From positions 1 through 54,761 of the IMG/VR virus record IMGVR_UViG_3300016478_000067: DNA of 54,761 bases. The stretch is one strand, 5' to 3'. Shown one piece after another: positions 35,118 through 44,224 of the stretch (position 1 is its first letter; each line of letters starts with the position of its first letter). The stretch comes from a virus (Duplodnaviria; Caudoviricetes). The notes beneath the pieces are model-generated. The model was not told the origin of the DNA and did no database searches. It was given only the letters and a program-made list of their open reading frames with translations. The position numbers and the translations under genes are program-made.

Positions 35118-35372
35118 TTAGAAAACGGCGGTAATCAGGGTGGCGGTGGTACCCGTAGACCACACACGACGAACGCGAACGGGGATGACTGTGCCCGCGT
35201 TCACACCACTGAACGTGACCGCTGAACCCTGGGCAGTGGTAACTTTCACGCTACCCGCCCCGCCGACGTAGATGACCGAAAACTGCGGGAGGTCCGCAGA
35301 GTCGCTCGGAGTAACGGCGGCCGCGTCCTCCGGGTACATCGGGTAGGTGGGGGTGGGAGATGTCTTAGCCAT
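35118..35372 (-). CDS. Head spike base protein (RcGTA Rcc01079-like)
   Basis: AAAVTPSD..DL....IYVGGAG.V.V.......VTF..V.AG..IPVRVRRV..TGTTA. Confidence 0.75.
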   Translation of the reverse strand: MAKTSPTPTYPMYPEDAAAVTPSDSADLPQFSVIYVGGAGSVKVTTAQGSAVTFSGVNAGTVIPVRVRRVWSTGTTATLITAVF

Positions 35373-35407
35373 TATGTAAAATTCCTTGAATGAGTGAATT
35401 TTAAGTG

Positions 35408-35434
35408 AAAAACCCCGGCTTGGGGCCGGGGTTT
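35408..35434 (-). terminator. Rho-independent terminator after the major capsid gene
   Basis: AAACCCCGGC/GCCGGGGTTT stem plus T-tract. Confidence 0.8.
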
Positions 35435-35449
35435 AGTGGCTTCCGACAA

Positions 35450-36364
35450 TCAGACGCCGGGGGTGGCATACAGGGCACGCGGGTCGGTCCAGCCCACAGC
35501 GTAACGCTCGGTTGCTTTGTAGCGCATGCTGTCGGTCTCGAAGTCACCCTCCATCGACTTGTCCAGCGAACGGCGCATCATCACCTTCAGACCTTCGGGG
35601 GCGTCGGTCTGAATACCCCAGAAGGTGGTGGAGGTGATACGCGACAGGTTAGCTTGACCGTCACCCAGCAGGCCCATCGACTTGACCGGGTTGATGTCGT
35701 TGTTGTTGCCGCCAGCGCGCAGCACCGACTTCAGCAGGACCTCGGCTTGGAAGACGTTGCTCGAACCGGTGACCAGCTGCTTCGGGGTCAGGCGGATACG
35801 CTTGCCGTTGTTGTCCACCGCGTTACGGATCTGGATGAGCAGCTGCTCAAGCGAGGTCTGCGACAGGGCGGCAGCGGTGGCCAGCTGGTTGCTGAACGTA
35901 CCGTTGACGATCGGGTGGTCGGTGGCGATAAGAGACTTACCGTCGCCGCCAGCATACGCGCTGTTAAAGGCGCGGTTCAGGATGTTGGCACACAGGGTCT
36001 CTTTGGTCTCGACCAGCGACTGCGCCAGGTGCTTGGCGTAAGTCTGACCGATACGGATGTGGTCGCCGTCTTCGACTAGCACTTTGGTCAGGGCGAAGGC
36101 CAGGCCGTACACCTTGTACAGGTAACGCTGTTGGAACAGCACGCCGCCGGACTGGTAGGTCACGGGCATGCCGTCCGGCAGCTCGGGCGCTGCGCCCATA
36201 CCGTAGAGCACCGGCTCCTCGTGGTACGTGCGGGCGATACCCTTACGCTCGTCGAAGACCTGCTTCCACTCGTCAGCGCGTTGGTTGTAAACGCCGTCGA
36301 AGACCTCATTCAGGATGGGTTCAACAACGGCACGGAAATCAGTACTACGCATCGGGTTAGCCAT
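35450..36364 (-). CDS. Major capsid protein
   Basis: 304 aa with strong codon bias; GGDGKSL, GDFETDSMRYKATERY..GWTDPR; follows scaffold/decoration genes. Confidence 0.85.
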   Translation of the reverse strand: MANPMRSTDFRAVVEPILNEVFDGVYNQRADEWKQVFDERKGIARTYHEEPVLYGMGAAPELPDGMPVTYQSGGVLFQQRYLYKVYGLAFALTKVLVEDGDHIRIGQTYAKHLAQSLVETKETLCANILNRAFNSAYAGGDGKSLIATDHPIVNGTFSNQLATAAALSQTSLEQLLIQIRNAVDNNGKRIRLTPKQLVTGSSNVFQAEVLLKSVLRAGGNNNDINPVKSMGLLGDGQANLSRITSTTFWGIQTDAPEGLKVMMRRSLDKSMEGDFETDSMRYKATERYAVGWTDPRALYATPGV

Positions 36365-36377
36365 GATTCATCACTCC

Positions 36378-36983
36378 TTAGATGCTGGCGGTCGGGTACT
36401 TGTAGGCATGTTCGTTGATACGAACCGTGGCCACGACGTAGGCGTCAGTCAGCGAATCAGTGATCTGATTGGCGAAGCCCGTGATCTGGAACTGGCCGGT
36501 GCCGGTGGTCTCAATCACGCCGAGGTAGGCGGTGGAGCGACCGGTGGCGGTGGAGCCGTAGGGCGAGGCGCTCAGAGCGAAGTCACACTGCTCGCCCACC
36601 GAGGTCTGCACCGAATCGGTACCAGCGGTGCCGGGGTTGGCGTATTGGACCTCGAACAGCGTTTCCGGGTCATCGTAGACCCAAGCGGTGATTTCAGTAG
36701 CCGAGGTGCTGGCGGGCCAGAACGGGCTGACGGTGGGCTTGCCGGTGGCGTCGCGGTACTCACAACCGGCGAAGATGCCGAGCAGGGTAGTACCGGCAAT
36801 GGTGCCCGCGCGGGTGCCGTCAGAGGTGGCGAGCTGGACGGTGCCGGCGTCAACCAGCTTGACGGGTTCACCGGCGAATAGGTTAACAGCGTAGCCGCTG
36901 GCAATGGTGTAGGCTTTCGGGCGAACCAGACCGCTCGGGTGGTTCGCAGCGCGGAAGCCAAAAGGTGCGCTAGTCGAGGACAT
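36378..36983 (-). CDS. Capsid decoration/minor capsid protein
   Basis: SAPFGFR..., GIFAGCEY, VYDDP..LFEVQ; immediately upstream of the major capsid gene. Confidence 0.65.
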   Translation of the reverse strand: MSSTSAPFGFRAANHPSGLVRPKAYTIASGYAVNLFAGEPVKLVDAGTVQLATSDGTRAGTIAGTTLLGIFAGCEYRDATGKPTVSPFWPASTSATEITAWVYDDPETLFEVQYANPGTAGTDSVQTSVGEQCDFALSASPYGSTATGRSTAYLGVIETTGTGQFQITGFANQITDSLTDAYVVATVRINEHAYKYPTASI

Positions 36984-37020
36984 GTGCAGGTTTCCTTAAA
37001 TGGTTTCAAAGACGAGAGGA

Positions 37021-37551
37021 TCACTCCAGCTCGAACAGAGCGGAGCGTTTTTGTCCCAGTTCGGAAATGCCATCACCAATAGCCACGCTGGAGCCGGCGC
37101 GCCGAGCTTGCTGTTCGAGGAAGCCTGCGGTGTCGGAGAGTTTCTCCTCTTCGCGCTGCGGGGCGTCATGGTGGGCCTCACGCATAAACTTCTCGTACAG
37201 CGAGATCGGCAGCTTGAATGCCAACATCTCATTCACCCCGATGAATCCGGTCCATTCGCCGGTCTTGATAGCGGCATACTCCCAGCCAGGAACGTCTTCC
37301 GGCTTGATGGGTTCGTAGCCCAAACGCATGCGCGTTTGGATGGAGTCGCGGGGGTTAGTCGTGGTGAGCCAGCATGTGTGCCAGCCCGGCAATTTCGGCA
37401 GATCCGGCAGGGCGGATTGAAAGAACTGCTGACGGAACATTTCAACCCGCTCATCTTCGGACAACATGCGATCTTGCGTCACCGCACGATCTTTCATCGC
37501 GCGACTGTCGCGGTTGTCACCAGCGGATTTCTTAAGGCGTTCGTCGGTCAT
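37021..37551 (-). CDS. Conserved head-module protein
   Basis: LP..PGWH..W.......D....R..LGYEP motif. Confidence 0.6.
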   Translation of the reverse strand: MTDERLKKSAGDNRDSRAMKDRAVTQDRMLSEDERVEMFRQQFFQSALPDLPKLPGWHTCWLTTTNPRDSIQTRMRLGYEPIKPEDVPGWEYAAIKTGEWTGFIGVNEMLAFKLPISLYEKFMREAHHDAPQREEEKLSDTAGFLEQQARRAGSSVAIGDGISELGQKRSALFELE

Positions 37552-37616
37552 TAACTCGCTCCTTTCAGCGATTAAGCGTATTCTACTATTTAAATGTGTG
37601 ATCGTCAAGTATGTGT

Positions 37617-38576
37617 TCAGGCGCGATTTGCGCGGTCATACTCGGCATAACGCTTGATATACTTGGTGCGAAGAACTGGGTCATCCCAAACACCGGCGTC
37701 GATAAGCGCCTGCTTGCGTTCGGGAGAGATGTAAACTTCACGCCTAGTACTGGTCGGGGCGTGCTCTTTGCCTGACCCCACGGCGGGACCGCCACGGGGT
37801 CGGCGCTCCTCGGATTGGGTTTCACCGGCAAACTTCCCGAATTTGTCCGGCAAGCGTCTAGCCGCACGCCGACGCAGCTCATCCCAGTAATCGGCGCTCT
37901 TCGGGTCGTAGCCATCACGCACCAGGGTCTGGTCAATGGCCATTACGATGGCCGAGTCCTCGTCACGGCCTTGAGGGTCGTACCATTTGTTCTCGTTCAG
38001 GAATTCCTGAGCGTGGGCCATGGTGAGGTCATCAATGCCGGTGTTCGGGCGTGGGGCCGCTTGCGCCGCTTGGACCTTGGTGTAGTTCAGCTGTTGGATC
38101 TTGGCCAGTGCCTGATCACGATAACGCATGGCTTGGGTGACGTCATCACCATTGCCGGCTGCCACAGCCTTGGCGATGACCCGCTCGGCCATCTCCGCTT
38201 CTTGTGCCGCACGTGCAATCTGAGCTTCCAGCCCGCTCAAATCCGCTTGGTGGGCACGCTGCTCTTGGGCCGTCATGCGGCGCTCAAGTTCCTCATTACG
38301 CTTGCGCAGGAAATCAAGTTCCACCTTGTCACGTTTGATGGCGATTTCTCGGCGCTCCTTGCGCTCCAGCTTTTCGCGACGGCGGCGCTCACGAATCTCA
38401 GCACGCTCGTCGTCATCAGCACCGACAGGAACGTCATCCCCGTGGTCATCGTGATCTTCCTCGGCAGCTGCGGCAGGCTTCTCGCCTGGCGCTTGTTCGG
38501 TGATCACATACTCGACTTCTTTGCCCGGTTTTTCGTCGCGGTCCAGATCGTCGTCTGCAGTCAAGATATCAGCCAT
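37617..38576 (-). CDS. Scaffolding protein
   Basis: Acidic N-terminus, long coiled coil, NKWY; between portal and capsid genes. Confidence 0.7.
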   Translation of the reverse strand: MADILTADDDLDRDEKPGKEVEYVITEQAPGEKPAAAAEEDHDDHGDDVPVGADDDERAEIRERRRREKLERKERREIAIKRDKVELDFLRKRNEELERRMTAQEQRAHQADLSGLEAQIARAAQEAEMAERVIAKAVAAGNGDDVTQAMRYRDQALAKIQQLNYTKVQAAQAAPRPNTGIDDLTMAHAQEFLNENKWYDPQGRDEDSAIVMAIDQTLVRDGYDPKSADYWDELRRRAARRLPDKFGKFAGETQSEERRPRGGPAVGSGKEHAPTSTRREVYISPERKQALIDAGVWDDPVLRTKYIKRYAEYDRANRA

Positions 38577-38589
38577 GTGTCATCTCCCC

Positions 38590-38985
38590 TCAAAAGAATG
38601 CTTTGATCTTCAGCGGGTCGGTAGTGACCACGCCCAGCAGATCCAAATCGTTGATCAGGATAAAATGCCCGGTTTCCCCGGCATCATTCGTTTCTTTCCA
38701 GCGGTCGCCGCCGTAGCGGGGAACGCGAACGAAATCGCCAACACGGCACCAATCGCCCTCGGGCCAAGATTCTTGCGTATTCCGATTCTTGAACGCCAGC
38801 GGGCCAAGCGCCACAACACGGGCCACGGATGTGTTCCAGTATTGGGTATCCTTGTCGTTCTCGGTCAGAATGATACCGCCCTTGGATTTAGTCTCGGGGG
38901 TACGTACCTGAACAAGCACACGGGACCCCAACGGTTTGACACCGGATTCAACTTCGGGAAATGCTTCTTTGAGTGCGTCAGACAT
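38590..38985 (-). CDS. groES: GroES-like co-chaperonin
   Basis: KPLGSRVLV...KSKGGIIL...VVALGP...VGDFV....YGG...INDLDLLGV. Confidence 0.85.
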   Translation of the reverse strand: MSDALKEAFPEVESGVKPLGSRVLVQVRTPETKSKGGIILTENDKDTQYWNTSVARVVALGPLAFKNRNTQESWPEGDWCRVGDFVRVPRYGGDRWKETNDAGETGHFILINDLDLLGVVTTDPLKIKAFF

Positions 38986-39076
38986 GATAGTTACTGCTCC
39001 TTTCAGCAGGTAAGTGCTGCGGCATTGCGCCGCAGTCCGACTTAAATTTTAACAGAAGGACGAGTACCTGTACAGT

Positions 39077-39274
39077 TTACAGATCCTTGCCGTCCTTCTC
39101 ATGCTGGTCCAGTATGCTGAACAGTGTATTTAGGGCGTGGTCAAGACCCGCCAGATAGCCGCAACGAAACCCGAAATCATATTCGGACTTGCCGCCAGGC
39201 TGTTTCAACGCCTGAACCGCGTACTCGGCCTGTTCGGCCTTGATGCGGTTCAGAAGTACGGTCTCGATGTTCAT
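39077..39274 (-). CDS. Hypothetical protein
   Basis: Typical small gene between portal and GroES. Confidence 0.65.
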   Translation of the reverse strand: MNIETVLLNRIKAEQAEYAVQALKQPGGKSEYDFGFRCGYLAGLDHALNTLFSILDQHEKDGKDL

Positions 39275-39441
39275 GCCGGGGTGCGACGGCCTTGAGCCGG
39301 GGTGCCGGCTGCGGCGCGGGTGCCGGGCAGAGTCTTGCCATCAACCGGAAGACCCATGGCCAGGCGCTTATGCTGGTTAACGGCTGCGGTGTTCATGTTG
39401 TCGCTTGCGCGGACGGTTTTTGCTGCGGGACGGGTTGCCAT
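39271..39441 (-). CDS. Small hypothetical protein (MATRPAAK...QHKRLAMG, 56 aa)
   Basis: Manually read; AAGGAG RBS; ATGA overlap. Confidence 0.6.
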   Translation of the reverse strand: MATRPAAKTVRASDNMNTAAVNQHKRLAMGLPVDGKTLPGTRAAAGTPAQGRRTPA

Positions 39442-39462
39442 TTTACTTACTCCTTCGGTTGA

Positions 39463-41940
39463 TTAACGGGTGCCCGGATTGATGCCGGTGCCAGTGCTGA
39501 CAGCGATCTTTTCCCCCGACATGATCTCCGCTGCGGCCAAACGCATGGCGGTGTCGTTGTCGGCAGTGTTCATGCGCTCGCGCACAACATTATCTTCGGC
39601 CGAGATTCGTGCTGCCGATTGCTGGCGGAGCATCTCGCGCTGAAGATCTGCGTTACGTGCCTCTTGCCTGTCAGCTAGCGTTGCTTGATCACGTTGCGCC
39701 TGCAGTTGCAGTTTTGCCTGTTCCACTTGCTGGCGCTGTTGGGCGATCTGGCCCTGTAGTTGTGCGTTAAGCTGGGCCACTTGCATGGTGTTGTCCGGCG
39801 GCATCGGCGGTTGCGGGCGGAACTGCTGCGCTGCTTGATCGATCTGCGCCAGCTGCTGTTCAAATCCGGCCAGCTGCTGCTCGATAAGCGCCTGCACCTG
39901 CAGGATCATTTGTACCTGGGCACCGGACTCATTTTCGATGACACCTTGACGTTGCGCTTGGTCCACTGCTTCATGGGCCTGCGACAGATAGTAATTTAGC
40001 ACATGGTCGCGCAGGTGCGTGGCCATCGGATATAGGTATGTCTTGATGATCGCCGGGTTTTTACCGAACAGCGGCGACTGCAGGAATGCCAGGTGCGTTT
40101 GGATATGCGCTAGGTGGTCCTGTGCCGGCAGTACATACACCGGACGACCCATGGCTGCGGCCACATTCTCGCTAACCGGGTCTAAGTCCTCCCCGCCCGG
40201 TGCTGGCTGTAATACGTCGTTCGCTTGGATCTTGAGGTTCGCTAGGAACATCTCTTCGACCTTGCGGGCATCGTACATCTGCGGGACTACAGTCGCGCGC
40301 TGCATAACCGCCTGCACTTGGGCGAACCGCTGGGTTTCGCTGAAAATGGCGGGGTCACTAACCGGCACGACGTCCATCGGGCCGTCGAAATCGGCTGGTT
40401 CGATGTCCAGATCACCGGCCAAACGCTCTACATCGTCCTCGGTCAGGTAGGCCGAATTGATCCGGTGCAGGATCTTAAACACGCGGGACATAGAAGCATG
40501 CAGCCGCGAGTGGATTGAGCTGAATACGACCATGCCTTGCTCGATCAGCGCCATCGTGGTGCCAACTGGCTGGTTCGGATTTTGGTCCGACAGCTTCTCG
40601 AACGATGTCTGAATCACACCTCGACCGGCATCAGTCAAGAATCCAAGCAGTTGGAACAGGGTCGGTGATGGGCCACCAAATGGCAGCGGCATCGCGAGCT
40701 TGCGGATGTCGTCCACCATCGCACCACCTTCCATCTCAACCACTTCAGTGGGCTGGACGTTGATGGTCTGACCGTTGGGGCCGCCTTTGAGCTTGAGCAG
40801 CGTTGGGATGTTCTGGATGTGGGCCGAATCGAGGAGTGCGCGCAGGGCGCCGGTAGCAGCACCAGACAGGCCGCCGATCATGTGGGTTAGGCCGATCGGG
40901 TAGGCGCCACGCCACGGGACAAACGGAAACTCGACGATCCAGTCGAGTTCTTTCCGCATCTCGTCCTCTTTGTCCCAGTTGCGATATAGAGACAGCGCTT
41001 CACTCGACGACTTGTCGATGGAGATGATGTACGGCTCCGGACCATCGCCAAAATCCAGATGTGTATATATTTCGTACACCGTGCGCAGGCCGTCCTCGTT
41101 GTACGAGGTATCCTCCCTGCCTTCGATCCGGTCATTAGCGCGGGAAGCGGCGCTGAACTCCGGTTCCATCGCGACCGTGATGTCCACATCGCGGTACATT
41201 CCGCACTTGATGCGACGAGCGTACTCGGATTTCGTGATATACTGGACGTGGGTTTTGCGCTCGGCCGAGTAGAAATTAGTAGCGGCGAACGGCAAGTAGA
41301 TGTCGTCGATTGCGATGAACTCGGAGGTGGGCCGCTTCCACTGCGGATTCCACATCAATTTCAGGTACTGCGCACCACCTAGTGGCAGTTGGGTGCTGAG
41401 CTGCTCCAGCTCGCCCCGGAACTCCGGCATCTGCTCCGTGACCTGCCAGTTCATGAAATCCGCCTTACGACGGGCTTTCTCGATCTTGGACTTCTCGCGC
41501 TCCCCGACGATCTTGGCCTTAACCGGGCCATTCGGAGGGAATACCTCTTTCATGACGCGGGCCGAAAAGTCCACGCAAGCTTCAACCAGCATCGGATGGA
41601 CGACTCGGTTGGCACCGACGAACTGGGCACCGCCCGGAGCATCGTCGCCCAGGCCAGTACGACGAAGACCCTCCTCGTAGAGCTTGTCGCGCTTGGAACG
41701 GGCTTCCTTGTCCCGTTCAATCTTGTCCAGCAGGTCCACGACCGCTGCGGACAGCTCCGACTGGTCAACTTCGTCCACGATATTGGCGAAGTGTTCCAGG
41801 TTCTGGGCCAGGTCTTGCTCGTCATCCAGGCGGACGATGGCACCGCCGTCTTCGGTGTCTTCGACTTCTGATTCTCCGAAATCGACCGATTCGAATCCGC
41901 CTTCGTCCTTCTCTTCCATCTTGTCTTCGGCTTCTGCCAT
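39463..41940 (-). CDS. Portal protein
   Basis: 825 aa; VHPMLVEACVDF, PPNGPVK, GLTHMIGGL, long C-terminal Gln-rich coiled coil (P22-like). Confidence 0.85.
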   Translation of the reverse strand: MAEAEDKMEEKDEGGFESVDFGESEVEDTEDGGAIVRLDDEQDLAQNLEHFANIVDEVDQSELSAAVVDLLDKIERDKEARSKRDKLYEEGLRRTGLGDDAPGGAQFVGANRVVHPMLVEACVDFSARVMKEVFPPNGPVKAKIVGEREKSKIEKARRKADFMNWQVTEQMPEFRGELEQLSTQLPLGGAQYLKLMWNPQWKRPTSEFIAIDDIYLPFAATNFYSAERKTHVQYITKSEYARRIKCGMYRDVDITVAMEPEFSAASRANDRIEGREDTSYNEDGLRTVYEIYTHLDFGDGPEPYIISIDKSSSEALSLYRNWDKEDEMRKELDWIVEFPFVPWRGAYPIGLTHMIGGLSGAATGALRALLDSAHIQNIPTLLKLKGGPNGQTINVQPTEVVEMEGGAMVDDIRKLAMPLPFGGPSPTLFQLLGFLTDAGRGVIQTSFEKLSDQNPNQPVGTTMALIEQGMVVFSSIHSRLHASMSRVFKILHRINSAYLTEDDVERLAGDLDIEPADFDGPMDVVPVSDPAIFSETQRFAQVQAVMQRATVVPQMYDARKVEEMFLANLKIQANDVLQPAPGGEDLDPVSENVAAAMGRPVYVLPAQDHLAHIQTHLAFLQSPLFGKNPAIIKTYLYPMATHLRDHVLNYYLSQAHEAVDQAQRQGVIENESGAQVQMILQVQALIEQQLAGFEQQLAQIDQAAQQFRPQPPMPPDNTMQVAQLNAQLQGQIAQQRQQVEQAKLQLQAQRDQATLADRQEARNADLQREMLRQQSAARISAEDNVVRERMNTADNDTAMRLAAAEIMSGEKIAVSTGTGINPGTR

Positions 41941-41953
41941 CAGGAACTCCTTA

Positions 41954-44224
41954 TTATCCGTGCATCAGTTCTGTGCGCAGCTGTTCAACCATGCTATCCA
42001 CTAGATCCGGATTATAACCCATGGGCTCGGCATTTACAAGTCCGCCGGCAGCAAAACGCGGTGTGTTCCCAGTCTTTTGCTGCCAGTCTTTGATCAGGCC
42101 GGACAACTCATCTTCGGTATAATATCCACGCGGTATGTCCTCAAATCTGGGCATCCCTCCCGTCAAACCGCCTGGGAGGTCTTGTATGCGCTCAGTCCAT
42201 TGCCTCATCCCGGCATTCTTAATGTCGCCAATGTCCGCCCATTGCCCGCTTTTCACGAAATCTTGAACATACGGTAGGTACTGCTCGCTCGGTGCCTTGT
42301 TCTGCTTACCCTTGATCTGAATAATGGAGGGCTCAAACGGTCCGATTTCCGGGACATACCTGCCGAGCCTCTCGTCCATCCTCCAGCGCAGACTGGGGTC
42401 AAGAATTCCGCGCGATTTGAATGATTCGTACACATCGGGTGGCAGGTCCTTTTCGTGCAATAGGCCCGTGGGGTCTGCACCCGGCGCCACCTCAATTGTC
42501 ACATGCGGGTTGCCTTTCGCATCGCGCAGTGAGTAGATCTTGGTCTTGCCGGATTCGACCTTGGAGCAGTAGCCGCCGACGCAGTTGTCCATCAGGCGGC
42601 CTTCATTCTTGAGCTGCTCCTCCAACAGTCGAGTGCTCTCACTGCCACGAATCTTGGACAAAGCCTCATCGGCGGACGTTCCGACCGCACGCTGTGCCCC
42701 AGTGTCATCCAACACCTCGAAATCGCCGCCCCACGGTGCTTCCCTCAGCTGCCAGCCTTTGGGCAGCTCAGTCTTGGGTTTCGTGATCTCCACCCACCGC
42801 AGCCCGCGTGCGCTTTCAGGATATTCCTTGAATGTTTGAACGGCCGGCGACTGCGCTAGCTTTGCCGCTTTCGCCGCATCCCGCGCTGCCTGTTGCTCGG
42901 CTTGCCATGCGTGGATATCCGCTGCCCGCTGCGCTGCTTTTTCCATGGAGTAGCCGGCCAGGTCTTCCGGTTTCAGCCGCAGATGCTCCGGCATCCTAGT
43001 GCGCGGATTCAGTGCGTACTCCAACGTGTTGACCAGCTCCGGAAGACCGGCACCAGCGGGGTCTTCACTCAACGAACCCAGAGTGTATACTGGCTCATTG
43101 GGGTCGAGCTTCGACAGCCACGGGTTGGATTCGGCATACCCCGGGAAACGCGATGCGAATTCCCCGGCGGGGGTGGCCTTGACCATCAAATCCGAACCAC
43201 GCTCCCATCCCTTAGCCGCTGGGCTCTGCGCCATGCCCTCAACTGGGAATCCGGCCTTTTCGCGTGCTTTGCGCACGGGCCACGGTGTGTATGTCGGGTC
43301 ACCGAGTTGCCAGAAATCTTCAAGCGGCACATGCGCCTGAGATTTCTCCGACATCCGTAGTGCGCCCTCCGCTGCCTGCAACCCGGTCTCGCCTTGATAC
43401 TGTGCCCGGTCGATAGCGCCCTCCCAAATACCGGGCGGCATACCGGGGCGGGGGCCTTCAGCACGGATCTGTGCCGCACGGGCCAGCTGCTTATTAGCCT
43501 CGTCTGCCGCTGTCTGGTAGGCGGACTGTGCAGCACCAGCGCGGCGCTCGATCATCGCCCGCACTGGATCTTCCGGCGTCCCCATGTAGGTCTTCACGTA
43601 CTTGGTGAGCGGACCTTCGATCCATTTGTTGATAGCCTCTTTCGGGATTCGCTCGCGTAGCTGCTGCTCGTACTGCGGCACCAGATCTGGGAATTCGGTG
43701 CGGGCAGTCTCCAAGTATTCGCGCAAGTCATCAGTGGAGGACAGACCGAGCGGGCGCTTTAAGGGGGACAGACCCTCCTCGATCGACTGCCCGATCCAGT
43801 TCCCGCCCTTGGGCTTGACCACGTGCACCGGAACGTTGGACTGCAGGAACTCACGCCCGGCGCGACTTACAGCTGAGGGCAGCGTAGCAACAGCCCGCAG
43901 GGGCGAGCCGGGACCGTTGTAGAACCCACCAGCGAGTTGTCCGCCAGTAGTCGCCACGCGCCCTACTGGGGTCTCGCTAACCGAGCGCAGGGGCAGGCGA
44001 CGCTCCACATCCTCCGAGGTTGGCAGCACGGTGCGCTCAGATAGTCCAGGTAGCATACGGACCAACGACTCAATATCGCCCGGCGCGCCCAGGACTCCGG
44101 ACAGGAAACCCCGCAGGGCGGCCAGAGGCGCATCGGCCGAGGCTCGGCGGTCCTGCTGGGACTCGGGACGCCTGCCGGCGCTGCGGTACCCGATGTACGG
44201 GCGGTTCAGATCTTCATCGGCCAC
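41954..44224 (-). CDS. Large head-module protein with PcfJ-like domain
   Basis: L..EGRLM.NCVGGY......KIYSLRD..G.PHVTIEV...QIKGKQN. Confidence 0.7.
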   Translation of the reverse strand: MADEDLNRPYIGYRSAGRRPESQQDRRASADAPLAALRGFLSGVLGAPGDIESLVRMLPGLSERTVLPTSEDVERRLPLRSVSETPVGRVATTGGQLAGGFYNGPGSPLRAVATLPSAVSRAGREFLQSNVPVHVVKPKGGNWIGQSIEEGLSPLKRPLGLSSTDDLREYLETARTEFPDLVPQYEQQLRERIPKEAINKWIEGPLTKYVKTYMGTPEDPVRAMIERRAGAAQSAYQTAADEANKQLARAAQIRAEGPRPGMPPGIWEGAIDRAQYQGETGLQAAEGALRMSEKSQAHVPLEDFWQLGDPTYTPWPVRKAREKAGFPVEGMAQSPAAKGWERGSDLMVKATPAGEFASRFPGYAESNPWLSKLDPNEPVYTLGSLSEDPAGAGLPELVNTLEYALNPRTRMPEHLRLKPEDLAGYSMEKAAQRAADIHAWQAEQQAARDAAKAAKLAQSPAVQTFKEYPESARGLRWVEITKPKTELPKGWQLREAPWGGDFEVLDDTGAQRAVGTSADEALSKIRGSESTRLLEEQLKNEGRLMDNCVGGYCSKVESGKTKIYSLRDAKGNPHVTIEVAPGADPTGLLHEKDLPPDVYESFKSRGILDPSLRWRMDERLGRYVPEIGPFEPSIIQIKGKQNKAPSEQYLPYVQDFVKSGQWADIGDIKNAGMRQWTERIQDLPGGLTGGMPRFEDIPRGYYTEDELSGLIKDWQQKTGNTPRFAAGGLVNAEPMGYNPDLVDSMVEQLRTELMHG

